A stretch of 64,000 nucleotides of DNA from Eledone cirrhosa (Eukaryota), in the NCBI GenBank assembly GCA_964016885.1, contig OZ024743.1, positions 180,296,001 to 180,360,000 of the forward strand. The letters run 5' to 3'. Shown here in pieces: positions 13,567 through 27,100 of this stretch. Each line of letters opens with the position of its first letter. Within the stretch, counting starts at the first letter, position 1. The position numbers and the translations under genes are program-made. The notes under the pieces were generated by a model that saw nothing but the letters and a program-made list of their open reading frames with translations, did not search any database and was not told where the DNA came from.

Positions 13567-13780
13567 TCTTCTTCTTCTTCTTCTTCTTCTTCTTCTTCTT
13601 CTTCCTGAGAAGGGCGTGGGGTCACAGTCCTCAAACACTCTTCCCAGTAGGACTTGTCAGCGGCAACCGTCTCCAATTGATCCGGCTGGATACCCAAATG
13701 AAACCAGCCAAGCTCATCGATGTTATCTAACCATCTTCCTCGGGGTCTACACCTGGGTCTCTTGTCAGTTGGTTTTACCC
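13567..13780 (-). mobile_element. 3' fragment of an RTE-clade LINE with (GAA)n tail
   Basis: Minus strand reads KRPRCRPRGRWLDNIDELGWFHLGIQPDQLETVAADKSYW, typical of the RTE C-terminus, running into (GAA)n. Confidence 0.65.
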
Positions 13781-14331
13781 GTAAAATCTGTTCAGCGATT
13801 CTTAAACTTACACATTTTTATGAAATATATTCTTGCAAATGTAATTTAAATATAACATTTATGTCATCGGCATGTAAGTTACAGCAAAATATGATCAGCG
13901 AATTTCCACAATGGTATGATAAATATATCCAGAAACCTAATAGTATTTTTTTGGATGCACGGTATTTCAGATTTAGAGAAATATAGAAATGAATTTATTT
14001 TGTAGATACTTCATAAAAACAAAAGAGAAACATCTACATGTTCCTTACATCAGTAAATAAATTTATAGAGTTTTGTCTCTTTAAAAAAATTCTTGTCAGC
14101 ATAGGTTATTTGATGAGATTACAGAACGACTAGAATATATTTCCAATAATTGAACGAGAAATATTTTTACAGCTCTATTATTGGAAACAATATAGAGTTC
14201 GATTATTTGAGGGAAAATAATGTTTAAAATTGCATATATAGATTTTCCAGTATGGTATGACAAATATACATATATATTCGAAGATGATTACAAAATCTGC
14301 CATGAGTAAACAGAACACTCCTACACACACA

Positions 14332-14461
<130 letters not shown>

Positions 14462-14499
14462 CATACATACATACATACATACATACATACATACATACA

Positions 14500-15336
14500 T
14501 GGATACTTGAGACGTAAAACACAGACCGTAGAGGGGATAAATCACTCAAAAAGCCTGGCATGGAGTTCCGACAAGTTTATAACATCACACCTTGAGGGAT
14601 ATCTCTATGCAATACAGGAACAAGAACTCCCTACTAAATATCTGCTGCACAAAAGAGGAGGGCCAGCAGCTGACAATAAATGTAGGCTATGTAAAACAAA
14701 GATCGAGGATGTAAGCCACATTGTTGCCAGCTGCGAAAGAATGCCATCTCGTTACTACCTCCCCATGAGACACGATGGGATAGCTAGAACCATCTGGAAC
14801 GCACTTCGGAAAACAAAATTAACAACAAACGAGGAAGAATATATTGAGACAGATGGCACTAAGGAATACTGGTAGAACGTGAAAATAAAAACTGCCATCA
14901 AATTGAAGCACAACCGGCCTGATATTGTTGTTTGGGACCACACATTGAAAACGTGTTCTGTCGTGGAGATCAGCTGCCCACTTGATGTAAACGTTGTCAG
15001 AAAAACATAGGAGAAGGAGGACATCTACGGACCATTGATGAGGAGTTTACAAATCCAGTATCCAAGATACACTTTTAGCTTCATACCCATCATTATTGGA
15101 GCTACGGGTTATATACCAACCCGCTTGGACCAAAGTATGACTGAACTTGGATTTGCGGACAAAAAGCGCAGCTCCCTAATTCATAGTCTACAAATGGCTG
15201 TGATAGCTGGCACCTTCAAAATTTGCAAAACATTCGTGCGATTCAAGGGATGACAATTTTTTTTCTTTTACAACCTTCCCACCAGGAAGGTGGCCGGTCA
15301 AAAAAAATATACTCGAAATTAAGAGAAAGAGATGAC
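14500..15336 (+). mobile_element. 5'-truncated R4/Dong-like non-LTR element (CCHC finger + restriction-like endonuclease)
   Basis: AIQEQELPT, CRLCKTKIEDVSHIVASC, RHDGIA, HNRPDIVVWD, VVEISCP, PIIIGATG; in-frame stops near 14873 and 15008; flanked by (CATA)n and (TA)n. Confidence 0.8.
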
Positions 15337-15384
15337 ATATATATATATACATATATATCATATATATTATTATTATATATATTA

Positions 15385-15432
15385 TTTCTGGCAATATTAC
15401 AACAATATGACCCTCCCCAAGTATAACAATGT
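15385..15432 (+). mobile_element. Very short 3'-terminal PLE remnant (PLE-B/C end motif)
   Basis: TTCTGGCAATATTACAACAATATGACCCTCCCCAAGTATAACAAT inside (TA)n. Confidence 0.7.
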
Positions 15433-15438
15433 ATATAC

Positions 15439-15583
<145 letters not shown>

Positions 15584-15687
15584 GGTGTGTGTGTGTGTGT
15601 GTGTGTGTGTTGGTGTGTGTGTGTGTGTCTGTGTGTGTGTGTGTGTGTGTATGTGCGGGTGTGTGTGTGTGTACGTGTGTGTATAAT

Positions 15688-16030
15688 AGGTGAAAGTGGT
15701 TGGCTTAGTGGCTGGAGCCTTGGGGTTGCAATTATGAGATTGTGAGTTCGATTCTCGGACCGGGTGATGCTTGATGCAAGACACATTATTTCCCGTTGCT
15801 TCAGTATACTCAAGTGCAGAAATGAGTTGTGACGTCACTAGTTCCAAGCTATATCGGCTTTTGCCTTTCCTTTCGATAATATCGGTGGCGTAGAGAGGGA
15901 GTCTGCGATTTATGGACGACTGCTTGTCTTCCACAAACAACCTCGCCTTGGCTTGTGCCTCGAGAGGGAATTTTCTCGGTGCATATTCCATGGTTATTCG
16001 TGACTGAAGTTGCTCTTTACCCATTACCCA
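15688..16030 (+). mobile_element. tRNA-derived SINE, second family
   Basis: A-box-like TGGCTTAGTGG and B-box-like GAGTTCGATTC; a related inverted copy lies at ~38040..38355. Confidence 0.7.
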
Positions 16031-16159
16031 TTAACAGTTGGATGAGAATACAGGACTAGATCTGTTTCATTCGAAAGAAACCATTCTTACGAATAAAAGG
16101 ATTCTAATTTTGTAGAAGTCATTTATATAAAAAAAATAAAGATACACATATGTATGTCT

Positions 16160-16266
<107 letters not shown>

Positions 16267-16444
16267 ACTGAGTGTATGTGTGTGTGTAGGTGTGTGTATA
16301 TATGTATCTTCCATTTTTTAGTGGTTCGACAAAGATGAGATGAAATCGAATCAGGAAACAAGCAATATTGTCGATATAATCTATTAAACCGAGATGGGGA
16401 CCAACATAGACGCAGTCTAATAAGTGCATGTATAGAGGTAACTG

Positions 16445-16479
<35 letters not shown>

Positions 16480-16629
16480 CTGTGTGTGTAGTGGTATATG
16501 TTTGAGAAGATCGACTGGGTGTTCAAAAAGAAAAACGAAAACAGTCATCAATAGCGTATGAGAACTGCTACGTTATATTATATTATTTATTTATGTTCAT
16601 AGACGGGAAATTGAGCTACCTATGATGTA

Positions 16630-16688
<59 letters not shown>

Positions 16689-16830
16689 ATACTTTGGGAG
16701 GGTCATGTTGCCAATAAGAAACACACGCACCAGCAGCTTTCACTTCAATTTATTATAATAAATTTATAAATTTAGGAATTTATAAATTTCTGGTTGGTTG
16801 GTTCCACAACCAGATAGTTGTTTATATATT

Positions 16831-16873
16831 GTCAAAGTTCTTTCGTCACACGTTCTGTGACCTCTTCAGTGAC
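16831..16873 (-). ncRNA. Minimal type I hammerhead ribozyme (PLE-C left arm)
   Basis: GUCA-CUGAAGA-G-GUCACA(GAACG)UGUGAC-GAAA-GAAC-UU-UGAC. Confidence 0.75.
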
Positions 16874-19800
16874 TGGGGATTCTTTGCTTTGTTTTTGTGC
16901 CTCTCCTTTGTTCTGTCCTACGCCATTTTGTTTCTGTCTGTGTGTTGTGTGCTCAGTCTGCGCATGCGCCACATCCGGGTGTCTGCGTGTGTTTATATTC
17001 GTTTATTTATTTGTTTATTTACATGTTACCGGATGGTTGTTTGTTCTATGTGCGTGTGTGTTTTCATTTTGTCCTTAATTGTAAGTTGTGATGTTGCTGT
17101 TCCACTCATATTTTCTATTTAATTTTGGTTGTAATTCTTTTATGTTTATTGCCTCTGTGATTTGTCTAAACATTGCGTCTTTTCTGTGTGTAGATTCTAT
17201 TTTTATTTCTATGTTCTCTAATTTACCCTTATGTTCTATTTTAGCATGTTGGTAGAGTACAGATGATTCTTTACTATCTTGAAGGTCTCGTCAGTGTTCA
17301 TTTATCCGTTCCCCTACACTACGAGCTGACTCACCTATGTACACTATATTTTTGACTCTACATTGTCCTTCAGTACATCTTATGCTATATACTACATTTC
17401 TAGTTTTACAGTTAATATGGTGGCTTATTTTACAGGTTATACATTTCTTATCTATACAGGGGGGGTCTTTGAAAAGGGTATGTCTTGCTAATAAGTGTTT
17501 TTACGGAGGTACCTGGTCTTTCTACTATCTTAATATTGAGTTTATGTTTATCTAGGGCCCTTCTAAATTTGTAAGCTAATTCACCTTTAGGGGTTGTATC
17601 GATGAACATTACACTCTGGTATTTATTGCTATCATACCATGAGTTTATTCTATTAGCCTTATTCCTAGTTCTTTCTATTCTATTCAAAAATTTGCTCCTA
17701 TATAAGGGGCAGGTCCCATTTGTGTCATTATTTACTATTTTTTCCCATTTGGTTCTGGCTCCTCTATACACTCTGATTTTATCTCTCTGATTGTAACCAG
17801 AGAACTGCATACGGTGGATGAAGTGTTGTATGTGTCTCTCTAGTTCTTCGGGGTTGCACATGCGGGACACTTTTCTCATCACAAGTACCAAATCCGCAAT
17901 CAGTATGTTGATTTTGGTATGGTCCGAAACAGCTGAGTTTCGGTGGATCAGATGTTTGGAAGTCATGGGTTTGGCATAATGGGAATGGAGGATTTGTTTT
18001 TTTGTTATTAATGGTATCTAAGTAGAGCTCTGTGTCTAGTACAGGTAATCGATGGTTGGGGTGTTTACTTGGGTAGTATATAGTAACTCTAATACTCTGG
18101 TGGATGGAGTTAGCTATTTGCTGGATGCTTTCCATTGTGTTTTTCTCTAGTTCCTGACTGTTCTCTAGTGGGGGTGTCTTAACTACGATGTTATATCTTC
18201 TAATTGTTCTTTAAGTTTAAGTTTAAGTCTACTGTCCCACCATACCATGAATAAGTTAGCTATGTCGTCTGCAATGCTAACTCCAATGGCTGCTCCTTCC
18301 TCTTGGGCATATGTTTTTCCATTAAATTTGAACATAAGTTCCTTAAGGGTTAGTTTTATGCTGGCCCCTACCGCAGTGCAATCATTTTCTTCAGTTCATC
18401 GTGGTTTTCGGGTGTCCGTATGGCTCTGGTCCACCTGTTCCATCTATCTGTGTGGGTTTTCTTGGCCATTGAGGTAATGGTGGGTCGTCTGCCTCTTGCT
18501 GGTCTTGTAGGGCACAGGTTACTATGGTCATATGTGTCTAGGTAATTATTACTATAGCTCACTGGTATCAATCCCACGGAACTCAACATTGCTCTCACTG
18601 ATCATTTCTACGCATTTCTCCACAGCAAAATCCACGTCAATAGATGGATACAGGGACACAACATCCATACTACCTATTATGCAGTTTGTTAGGTCCCTAG
18701 ATTGGTTACTCTCGCCGATTCTGCTGAGGAGGTCCTCCGTGCTGTCACATACATCTGGGGATATTTCAATGATGGGGCGTATGATCAGAGAGAGGAAGTA
18801 GGACAGTCTCTAGTTACTAGCAATGTTAGCTCCACAGACTGGCTGTGGTGGTGGTCCCGTGACAGGGTCACTGCCCGTTTTATGGTCTTTTCGAAGCCCA
18901 TACAACGCCGACACGTCATTGTTCCAGGCCTGGAAGTTGTTGGCAGTCCTTTTGTTGGGCTGCATTATATTCGTCCACATCACCATATGGGCATTGAGGG
19001 CTTTTTCTCTATCCTCATGCTCCTGTGGTGTTACCTCTCTTGTGTTAGTGATGTGGGTTTGCATTGCCTGGATATAGTTTGGCAGGCTGTCAACCGACAT
19101 TCTGCCAGACTTGTCTGTTGGAAAGCATACTATCTCTCCATTAAGCGAGCGTTGCATGAGCTTACGCAAGCTATTTGCAGATTTTTCTCCCAGTTGCTGG
19201 GCCTCCATTCTATTATGCTTCTTGCTATACTGTTCTATAATATTTCTAAGTTCGGATCTAGCTATACTAAATTGTGCTTCTGTTTGTTCATCGACCTGCG
19301 ACGGCAATTGCGTGCGTTTGTTAAATGGTAAAGTCGTGGCGTGGACTCGTCGCAGGTCGAACGACTTATCGGAGGGAATATAAAAAGTAGAGTTCCAGGC
19401 TGCTGCTTTATGTGTACTAGTGCTATTGTTATTGTTAGTTGTGTTGTTTCTATTTCTATTTCCACCAACAGCCTCTCACCACCACCACAATCTTAACAAA
19501 CACACAGACACAGAAAACAAGTAATGACAGTAGCACAGAAATCACAGAAATAAGGGAAAGTAATAGGATTAAAAGGAGAAGGGAGACTAAGGACAAAGAA
19601 AATAACCAAGACGAACACACAAACCCACAAAATAGAGTAGATAATAACAATGAGCCAGTGGAAGAGACAGGAGTAATAATGAGAGACATAGAAACAACCA
19701 TGAGGCTGTTGGTGAAAATAGAAATAGAAACAACACAACTAACAATAACAATAGCACTAGTACACATAAAGCAGCAGCCTGGAACTCTACTTTTTATAAT

Positions 19801-21531
19801 CCCTCCAATAAGTCGTTCGACCTGCGACGAGTCCACGCATATGACCTTAGCAACCTGTGCCCTACAAGACCAGCAAGAGGCAGACCACATACCATTACCT
19901 CAATGGTCAAGAAAACCCACACAGATAGATGGAACGGGTGGACCAGAGCCATACGGACACCCGAAAACCACGATGAACTGAATAAAATGATTGCACATGC
20001 GGTAGGGGCCAGCATAAAACTAACCCTTAAGGAACATATGTTCAAATTTAATGGAAAAACATATGCCCAAGAGGAAGGAGCAGCCATTGGTGTTAGCATT
20101 GCAGGTGACATAGCTAACTTATTCATGGCATGATGGGACAGTAGACATAAACTTAAACTTAAAGAACAATTAGAAGACCCCTTAACCCTGATAATGTTCT
20201 CCCGCTACGTTGATGATATAAACATCGTAGTTAAGACACCCCCTCTAGAGAACAGTCAGGAACTAGAGAAAAACACAATGGAAAGCATCCAGCAAATAGC
20301 TAACTCCATCCACCAGAGTATTAGAGTTACTATAGACTACCCAAGTAAACACCCCAACCATCGATAACCTGTACTAGACACAGAGCTCTGGTTAAATACC
20401 CTTAATAACAAAAAACAAATCCTCCATTCCCATTATGCCAAACCTAATGACTTCCAAACATCTGATCCACCGAAACTCAGCTGTTTTGGACCATACCAAA
20501 ATCAACATACTGATTGCGGATTTGGTACTTGTGATGAGAAACGTGTCCCGCATGTGAAACCCCGAAGAACTAGAGAGACACATACAACACTTCATCCACC
20601 GTATGCAGTTCTCTGGTTACAATCAGAGAGATAAAATCAGAGTGTATAGAGGAGCCAGAACCAAATGGAAGAAAATAATGACACAAATGGGACCTGCCCC
20701 TTGTATAGGAGCACATTTTGGAATAGAATAGAAAGAACTAGGAATAAGGCTAATAGAATAAACTCATGGTATGATAGCAATAAATACCAGAGTGTAATGT
20801 TCATCGATACAACTCCTAAAGGTGAATTAGCTTACAAATTTAGAAGGGCCCTAGATAAACATAAACTCAAAATTAAGATAGTAGAAAGACCAGGTACCTC
20901 CGTAAAAACACTTATTAGCAAGACATACCCTTTTCAAAGACCCCCCTGTATAGATAAGAAATGTATAACCTGTAAAATAAGCCCCCATATTAACTGTAAA
21001 ACTAGAAATGTAGTATATAGCATAAGATGTACTGAAGGACAATGTAGAGACAAAAATATAGTGTACATAGGTGAGACAGCTCGTAGTGTAGGGGAACGGA
21101 TAAATGAACACTGGCGAGAACTTCAAGATAGTAAAGAATCATCTGTACTCTACCAACATGCTAAAATAGAACATAAGGGTAAATTAGAGAACATAGAAAT
21201 ATAAATAGAAGCTACACACAGAAAAGACGCAATGTTTAGACAAATCACAGAGGCAATAAACATAAAAGAATTACAACCAAAATTAAATAGAAAATATGAG
21301 TGGAACAGCAACATCACAACTTACAATTAAGGACAAAATAAAAACACACACGCACATAGAACAAACAACCAACCGGTAACATGTAAATAAACAAATAAAT
21401 AAACGAATATAAACACACACAGTCACCCGGATGTGGCGCATGCGCAGACTGAGCACACAACACACACACAGAAACAAAATGGCGTAGGACAGAACAAAGG
21501 AGAGGCACAAAAACAAAGAAAAGAACCCCCA

Positions 21532-21574
21532 GTCACTGAAGAGGTCACAGAATGTGTGACGAAAAAACTTTGAC
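21532..21574 (+). ncRNA. Minimal type I hammerhead ribozyme (PLE-C right arm, stem III G->A)
   Basis: GUCA-CUGAAGA-G-GUCACA(GAAUG)UGUGAC-GAAA-AAAC-UU-UGAC. Confidence 0.7.
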
Positions 21575-21778
21575 AATATATAAACAACTATCTGGTTGTG
21601 GAACCAACCAACCAGAAATTTATAAATTCCTAAATTTATAAATTTATTATAATAAATTGAAGTGAAAGCAACTGGTGCGTGTGTTTCTTATTCGCAACGT
21701 GACCCTCCCAAAGTATAACAATACCGGTTTCAACACACGTTTTCAGATAAAGAATCTTGCTAAACAAATTCAGAAACG

Positions 21779-21821
<43 letters not shown>

Positions 21822-21825
<4 letters not shown>

Positions 21826-21996
21826 GGCGATGAATCTGTATTTTTAACCGTTGGTCAGTCAATGGTAACATTGAGGACCGAATAAATTAAATTGACCGAT
21901 ATAAAAGACACAGAAGCGAAAACCAACCAGACAGTGAGTGTCTTCTGTTATTAATTCTGGCAATATTATTACACAAATGTCACCCTCCCCAAGTAT

Positions 21997-22002
<6 letters not shown>
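21822..22002 (+). mobile_element. Solo 3' pLTR fragment of the PLE-B family in (TA)n
   Basis: Matches 11535..11714 (GGTCAGTCAATGG..CATTGAGGACCG..CCCTCCCCAAGTATAACAATA). Confidence 0.8.
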
Positions 22003-22070
<68 letters not shown>

Positions 22071-22074
<4 letters not shown>

Positions 22075-22509
22075 TATTTTGCAATACACTGTATGCTTAA
22101 TTAAAACCATGTTGAAGACCATACGCTATTGTTTTAAAGTAGTGACAACATCACTTACTTAAATTTTCAGCAAACGCTATTTCAGAGCACCAATTCTAAT
22201 TTTCAATTTCGGCTGGACGCGCGACCGCTCTGTATAATCAGTTCCTGATTATTACTAGAATTTTATATGAATCCAACACACAGAATTTTCAGCAAACAGG
22301 ATGAGTAGTGAGCTTTGATATGTACCAACAAGTACGAAACTTATCTCCCCTGTTTGCTGAAAGTTTAAGTAAGTGTCATTGTGACTACTTTAAAACAATA
22401 GCGTATGGTCTTCAAAATGCTTTTAATTAAGCATACAATGTATTGCAAAATACACTATATATACATTCATATATATATATCGCTATTTCAGAGCACCAAT
22501 TCTAATTTT
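22071..22509 (+). mobile_element. Non-coding long-hairpin element (same family as 50889..51371)
   Basis: 22071..22175 pairs with 22352..22457. The 3' tail CGCTATTTCAGAGCACCAATTCTAAT is also found at 51346. Confidence 0.65.
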
Positions 22510-22521
22510 ATATATATATAT

Positions 22522-22982
22522 ATTATTGTAATCACTTATCCTTTAATCTACAAAATACATCAGCAATGCTAGTATAGTCACTACCTCCGCCTCTCTCACT
22601 CTCCTCATCTCTCACTATTATGAGCAAATGGGTCCCATGCGCTGGCTGCTTGGATTTCCTTTATTAATATTTCAGTAGCCCATAATTCTATGTATCACTG
22701 AAAAGTTTTAATACGACTGACACTTGTCGGCATTTGACATCCGTATCGATAAGATATGATTGTACACTGTCCACACCATTATTATTTCTCATATTTGTTG
22801 TCCTGCTTTAAATCCCTAGTTAATTGCTGACTTCCATGCAAATGCCAGCTGTTAACATTGTTAAGATAAAGCAACTGGCGTTTCAAATACCATCTACTAG
22901 GATTAAGCAGGCGGATTTATAAATTAATGTGTCATGTTGATAAAATAGATTTTGCAATATAATATACATAAATAGATTTTGC
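22522..22982 (+). repeat. Left arm of a ~450-bp inverted repeat (partner 29230..29665)
   Basis: For example CTACCTCCGCCTCTCTCACTCTCCTCATCTCTCACTATTATGAGCAAATGG is the reverse complement of 29555..29605. Confidence 0.85.
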
Positions 22983-23075
22983 GTTATATATATATATATA
23001 TATTCCAATAATATATATATATATATATATGTTCATGCGTGTGCGAATGTGTACACACACACACACATACATACA

Positions 23076-23137
<62 letters not shown>

Positions 23138-23357
23138 CGGGATAACAGATTATTGTTATAGGTAGTCCACTTAGGTGTAGTCCAGTTAGGGTACTCCGAG
23201 TAGTGGATAGTATTTACGCTTGGCTAAGTTTGACTCAACAAGGCGTTTCCATAGTGATGCTGCGTGTACGCGGTGATTTCTATGTTGTTAACACTTGGAG
23301 TAATGATAAATCAGGAAAGAAGAGTGACACGCCTTGCTATACAAAAAAGTTTTTTAA

Positions 23358-23478
23358 TCTCATTGCTGACAATTGTTTCTCTGAACTGGTAGGTCTAGAG
23401 ATCGCTACCCGCCTGTTATCGCGTCATTCGATCACCAATACATAGTTGTAACCAGTCAATTCATCAGAGCTTGCGAGA
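23358..23478 (-). ncRNA. Type I hammerhead ribozyme with long stem II insert (PLE-D 3' pLTR)
   Basis: UCUCG-CAA-GCU-CUGAUGA-AUUGACUGGU...ACCAGUUCAGA-GAAA-CAAUUG-UC-AGC-AA-UGAGA. Confidence 0.75.
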
Positions 23479-24310
23479 ATGAAGGGAATACACAGGCATG
23501 GCTTCTATATATAGTAATGGCATTCAATCAGAACAATAACAACAATACTAAACAATGCTAGCAATAAATTATTTGAAATAATCACAAGATCAATCTAAGT
23601 AAGAAATATAGTATATCTACGACTTTAGCGTGTAAAACGAGCTGACATGAGGCAGATGTATGAAATTGACATGTAAAAGCTGTCATGGGGTGTATTATAT
23701 ATAGTGTAGAGATAAGCCGATGGCTTTAAACAATGTACGTTTCCTTTACCGTAGGTCTGGTGACCGTAAGAATTATTTATTATCTGACAGATAAAATATT
23801 TTTCATTGTAGTGAGGATAGTAATTTTTGTGGTGTGAAGTGGATTCAATATGTATGCGGTCTATATTAGATGAAGGGTTTGTTAGTTCGAATCATGGGGT
23901 TGTTTATCTTTCACATCATCAATAACATACATGTATAAGATAACATTAACAGAGTAGCAATACAATAGGTAAGTTAATACAGTGGTTAAGGAGGCTATAT
24001 ATATATATATATATATATATAAAGAGAAAACATGCTGACTACAATTATAACAGGAGGAAGGTGATGTTCTGCTGTAGTAGTATTTTGAAAATGGACTTGC
24101 ATTTAGGTTCATTTGTTGAGAGTTAAGGGTGAGGAAGTTGTGTTGACAGCAGCTGAGAAGAAATATATTTATGAGTTGATAAGATACTTGCAGACATTAC
24201 TGTGGTATAGAATTAAGAAGGCTATAATTTACTTAATGATTATAGTTCTGTGGTGGTCCGTGTAATATTGTGGGTATCATATGTTGAATGCTAAGTTATG
24301 TCGGTTCGAT

Positions 24311-26716
24311 TCACGGAGGCTTAAATCTTGTGAATTTAGTGGCGATCATGTGTCTGCAGAAAATTGATCTTTCTAACTTGTTGTTGAGTAGCCTTTTTAC
24401 ATTCCTAAGGATATATAGTAATTGTAGATCACAGAGCCTACAGTAGGACATACCGGTACTGTAAGCCCTTGCGGCCGACAACCTCGACCAGTTGATATTG
24501 TAGTTGGTGTTATTGTCCTTAAGCTCCCAGATTTTTTTGGCGAGGGTTGTAGAACCCATAAGTGCACGGTTCTTCATCGAGTGTCTGTGCATATACCATC
24601 TTTTTTAAAAAGTACCCGCGATGGATCCGATGTAATGCCAGGTGGAGTTGCCCGAGTTGACCGTACACATGTACACTAGGCTCGAATCAAGGCATCTATT
24701 CGCCAATGGGCACCTATCCGGTAGGTGACAGTTGCAGTTTGAGATGTTATTCCGTGCAGCTTCCACACTGCTGTTTTGTACACTGCTATAAGTGGGTTGT
24801 GATTTATGCCCGTTGAGGTTTTGCTGCTGCGTGCTTGTATGCGTTTGCGGTTGTGATACTGTGATGTGTTTATGTTTATAATTTGGTGCTATGTTGCGCA
24901 TAGGTGGGGTGGACTCCCTTGAGGTATTTCTGTGGTTGATCTTGTGTATGTGTGATTCTATATTTGCAGCCGTAGAGTATGAGAGTTTTATAGTTTTTCT
25001 ATTGAGTATTTTATGATATCTGTGTGATATAGGGAAGTGTTTATCTATTAGTTTAAAGTACGTAGAAGGCAGTCTAGTTTTTACAGAGGAGTTGAAGATT
25101 GAATTGAACCACAGGTATTTTCTATCTCTGATTCTTCTATGGTTTCTAGGGTTTACATTATTGGTGTTTGGACCACTTACTCTAGGTGCTACGTGCCTAA
25201 CTCTATGTCTAGTCCTGTTACCCTTATGTTTGTGTGAGCGGTTGGTGTCATTGTTAGTAGGTTTGTTTAAGTTGTCTTTATTCGTTATAAACTTCAGCTT
25301 ATCTTTATGTCCGGCCCTATGTAATGCCGCGTTATAATAGTTAGCATGTTCATTAAACATTTCTAGGTTTGAGGACAAGCGGAATATTCTAAGGGATATA
25401 CTACGTGCTATGGATCTGATTATGGTTCTGGGGTGGTTTGAGTTATAACTAATGTAGGCCAGATTCTCATTATTTTTGTGGAAGGGTTCTATTAATCCCG
25501 TATTTAGATTTAGAGTCACATGTAGAAAGTTTACCGTTTTATGGTTCAGTTCGTAGGTAATACTTAGGCCTAGTTTTTTGAAGAATGTTCTAATGTTTTT
25601 TCTTAATCTTTCCATGCTCTGGTTGTTTAAGTTCCTAGCTATAAGGAGCGTGTCATCTCTATAAATCCCTCCTTGGAGGTTACTGAATTCCTTATGTAGG
25701 TTGTGTGCTATAAAAAGCCCCACGACGTCAGTGATTTTCGCAGAGTCATTTGATCCCATTGTGATATCGAAGCTGTTCATCCTATCTTTTCTTACCCAGT
25801 AGCTATTTTCAAATTTTATGATATTCCTTCTAGCCGCTATTATTATTTCAATTTCCTGAGGGGTAAGATCGGAGTTATTTTGGCCAAATATAAGCGCTTT
25901 ATCTAGGGTGGCTGGAGATATGGATGCATAGTAATCGTTTATATCGAATTGTATGAAGTTACATGGCCCTCTGTTTCTTATTTTATTGAACCATTCAATC
26001 GCCTCGTTAATGTTACCTCATAAATTGATTTCTAGTTTTCCCTTTATTTGTGCGATTACCCTATTTAGAATATTCTTGCTAATTTTACCTATATCCGACT
26101 TAGATGGGCATATTAATCTGATAGTAGGGTTTGTTTCAAAATTATTTTGTGATCCTTCAGGTTAAATGTGGGATTGCATGAGGTTAGAGGCTCGGTCCTA
26201 TCGGGTATTCCGAGTTTATTTACTATCCAAAACCCTCCACATTAATGCTGGTGAGTGTGGATTCATTTGTTTTGTTTTTTGTATTTTTTGTGTAGTTCAC
26301 GCTGAATAAAATTATTGTATGTGTTAAGGTCCATAGAATATACGTTTGATGTTTTGTCTGCCTTTACTATGATACCGTTAGTGTCTTTTAGTAGTTTTAG
26401 TAGTGTATTGATGTCATTTTGTAATTTGTTGTGGTGTGTTCTTTTTTTTAAATTTAGTTCCACTTATCATATTCATAAGGTCCAGCTCGAAGGCATCGAG
26501 TGTGGGGTTGTTTGGAGGGTTTTTGCAGGATTTGAATCCGTAATTCTCCTTAGAAAATTCTCTTGCGTTAATAGTTGGTCTTTTGTCGAAGTGGTAAGCC
26601 TTCCATCGGACCCTACGGATGAAATCATTAGTCCGTTGTATCATGCCTAGTGTATAGTCCTTATTTGTAGGTATAGGTATGTTTTTCAGTGACATTTCTA
26701 TACGGTGCTTATTCAT
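24311..26716 (-). pseudogene. PLE-D RT + GIY-YIG ORF with stops and frameshifts
   Basis: MSLKNIPIP, RRVRWKAYHF, VKADKTSNVY, FIQFDINDYYASI, FDITMGSNDSA, GIYRDDTL, SNHP, CNCHLPDRCPLANRC, YIGSIAGTF*KRWY, CRLCDL...CRH. Stops at 24605 (TAA) and 26018 (TGA at a conserved Trp). Confidence 0.9.
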
Positions 26717-26979
26717 GTTGTTGCCGTGCGTTAATGGTGTTGCTCAACCGGGTGGTAGCTAAGTATACGGGATAACAGATTATTGTTATAGGTAGTCCAC
26801 TTAGGTGTAGTCCAATTAGGGTACTCCGAGTAGTGGATGATATCAACGTTTGGCTAAATTTGACTCAACAAGGCGTTTCCATAGTGATGCTGCGTGTAGG
26901 CGGTGATTTCTATCACTTGGAGTAATGATAAATTAGGAAAGAAGAGTGACACGCCTTGCTATACAAAAAAGGTTTTTAA

Positions 26980-27100
26980 TCTCATTGCTGACAATTGTTT
27001 CTCTGAACTGGTAGGTCTAGAGATCGCTACCCGCCTGTTATCGCACCATTCGATCACCAATACATAGTTGTAACCAGTCAATTCATCAGAGCTTGCGAGA
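26980..27100 (-). ncRNA. Second copy of the PLE-D hammerhead (upstream pLTR)
   Basis: Direct repeat of 23358..23478 with intact core and GUC triplet. Confidence 0.75.

Larger units (their letters stand above)
16682..21780. mobile_element. PLE-C: head-to-head foldback of two truncated copies of one Neptune-like PLE
   Basis: Minus arm 16682..19475 and plus arm 19476..21780 are near-identical reverse complements. Both encode RT (plus arm FSRYVDD) and GIY-YIG (YIGETARSVGER) relics. The plus arm lacks ~800 bp present in the minus arm (~18535..19340). Confidence 0.9.

Noticed and set aside
23236-23337. Second hammerhead-like fold in the PLE-D pLTR (CAAGGCG/CGCCUUG next to GAAA)
   Set aside because: No CUGANGA core, and the triplet would be GUG.
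26018-26020. In-frame TGA in PLE-D as possible selenocysteine (as in some Naiad PLEs)
   Set aside because: It aligns with the Trp of PLE-A (LSLWKG), so it is TGG->TGA decay. The element also has a C-terminal endonuclease, unlike Naiads.
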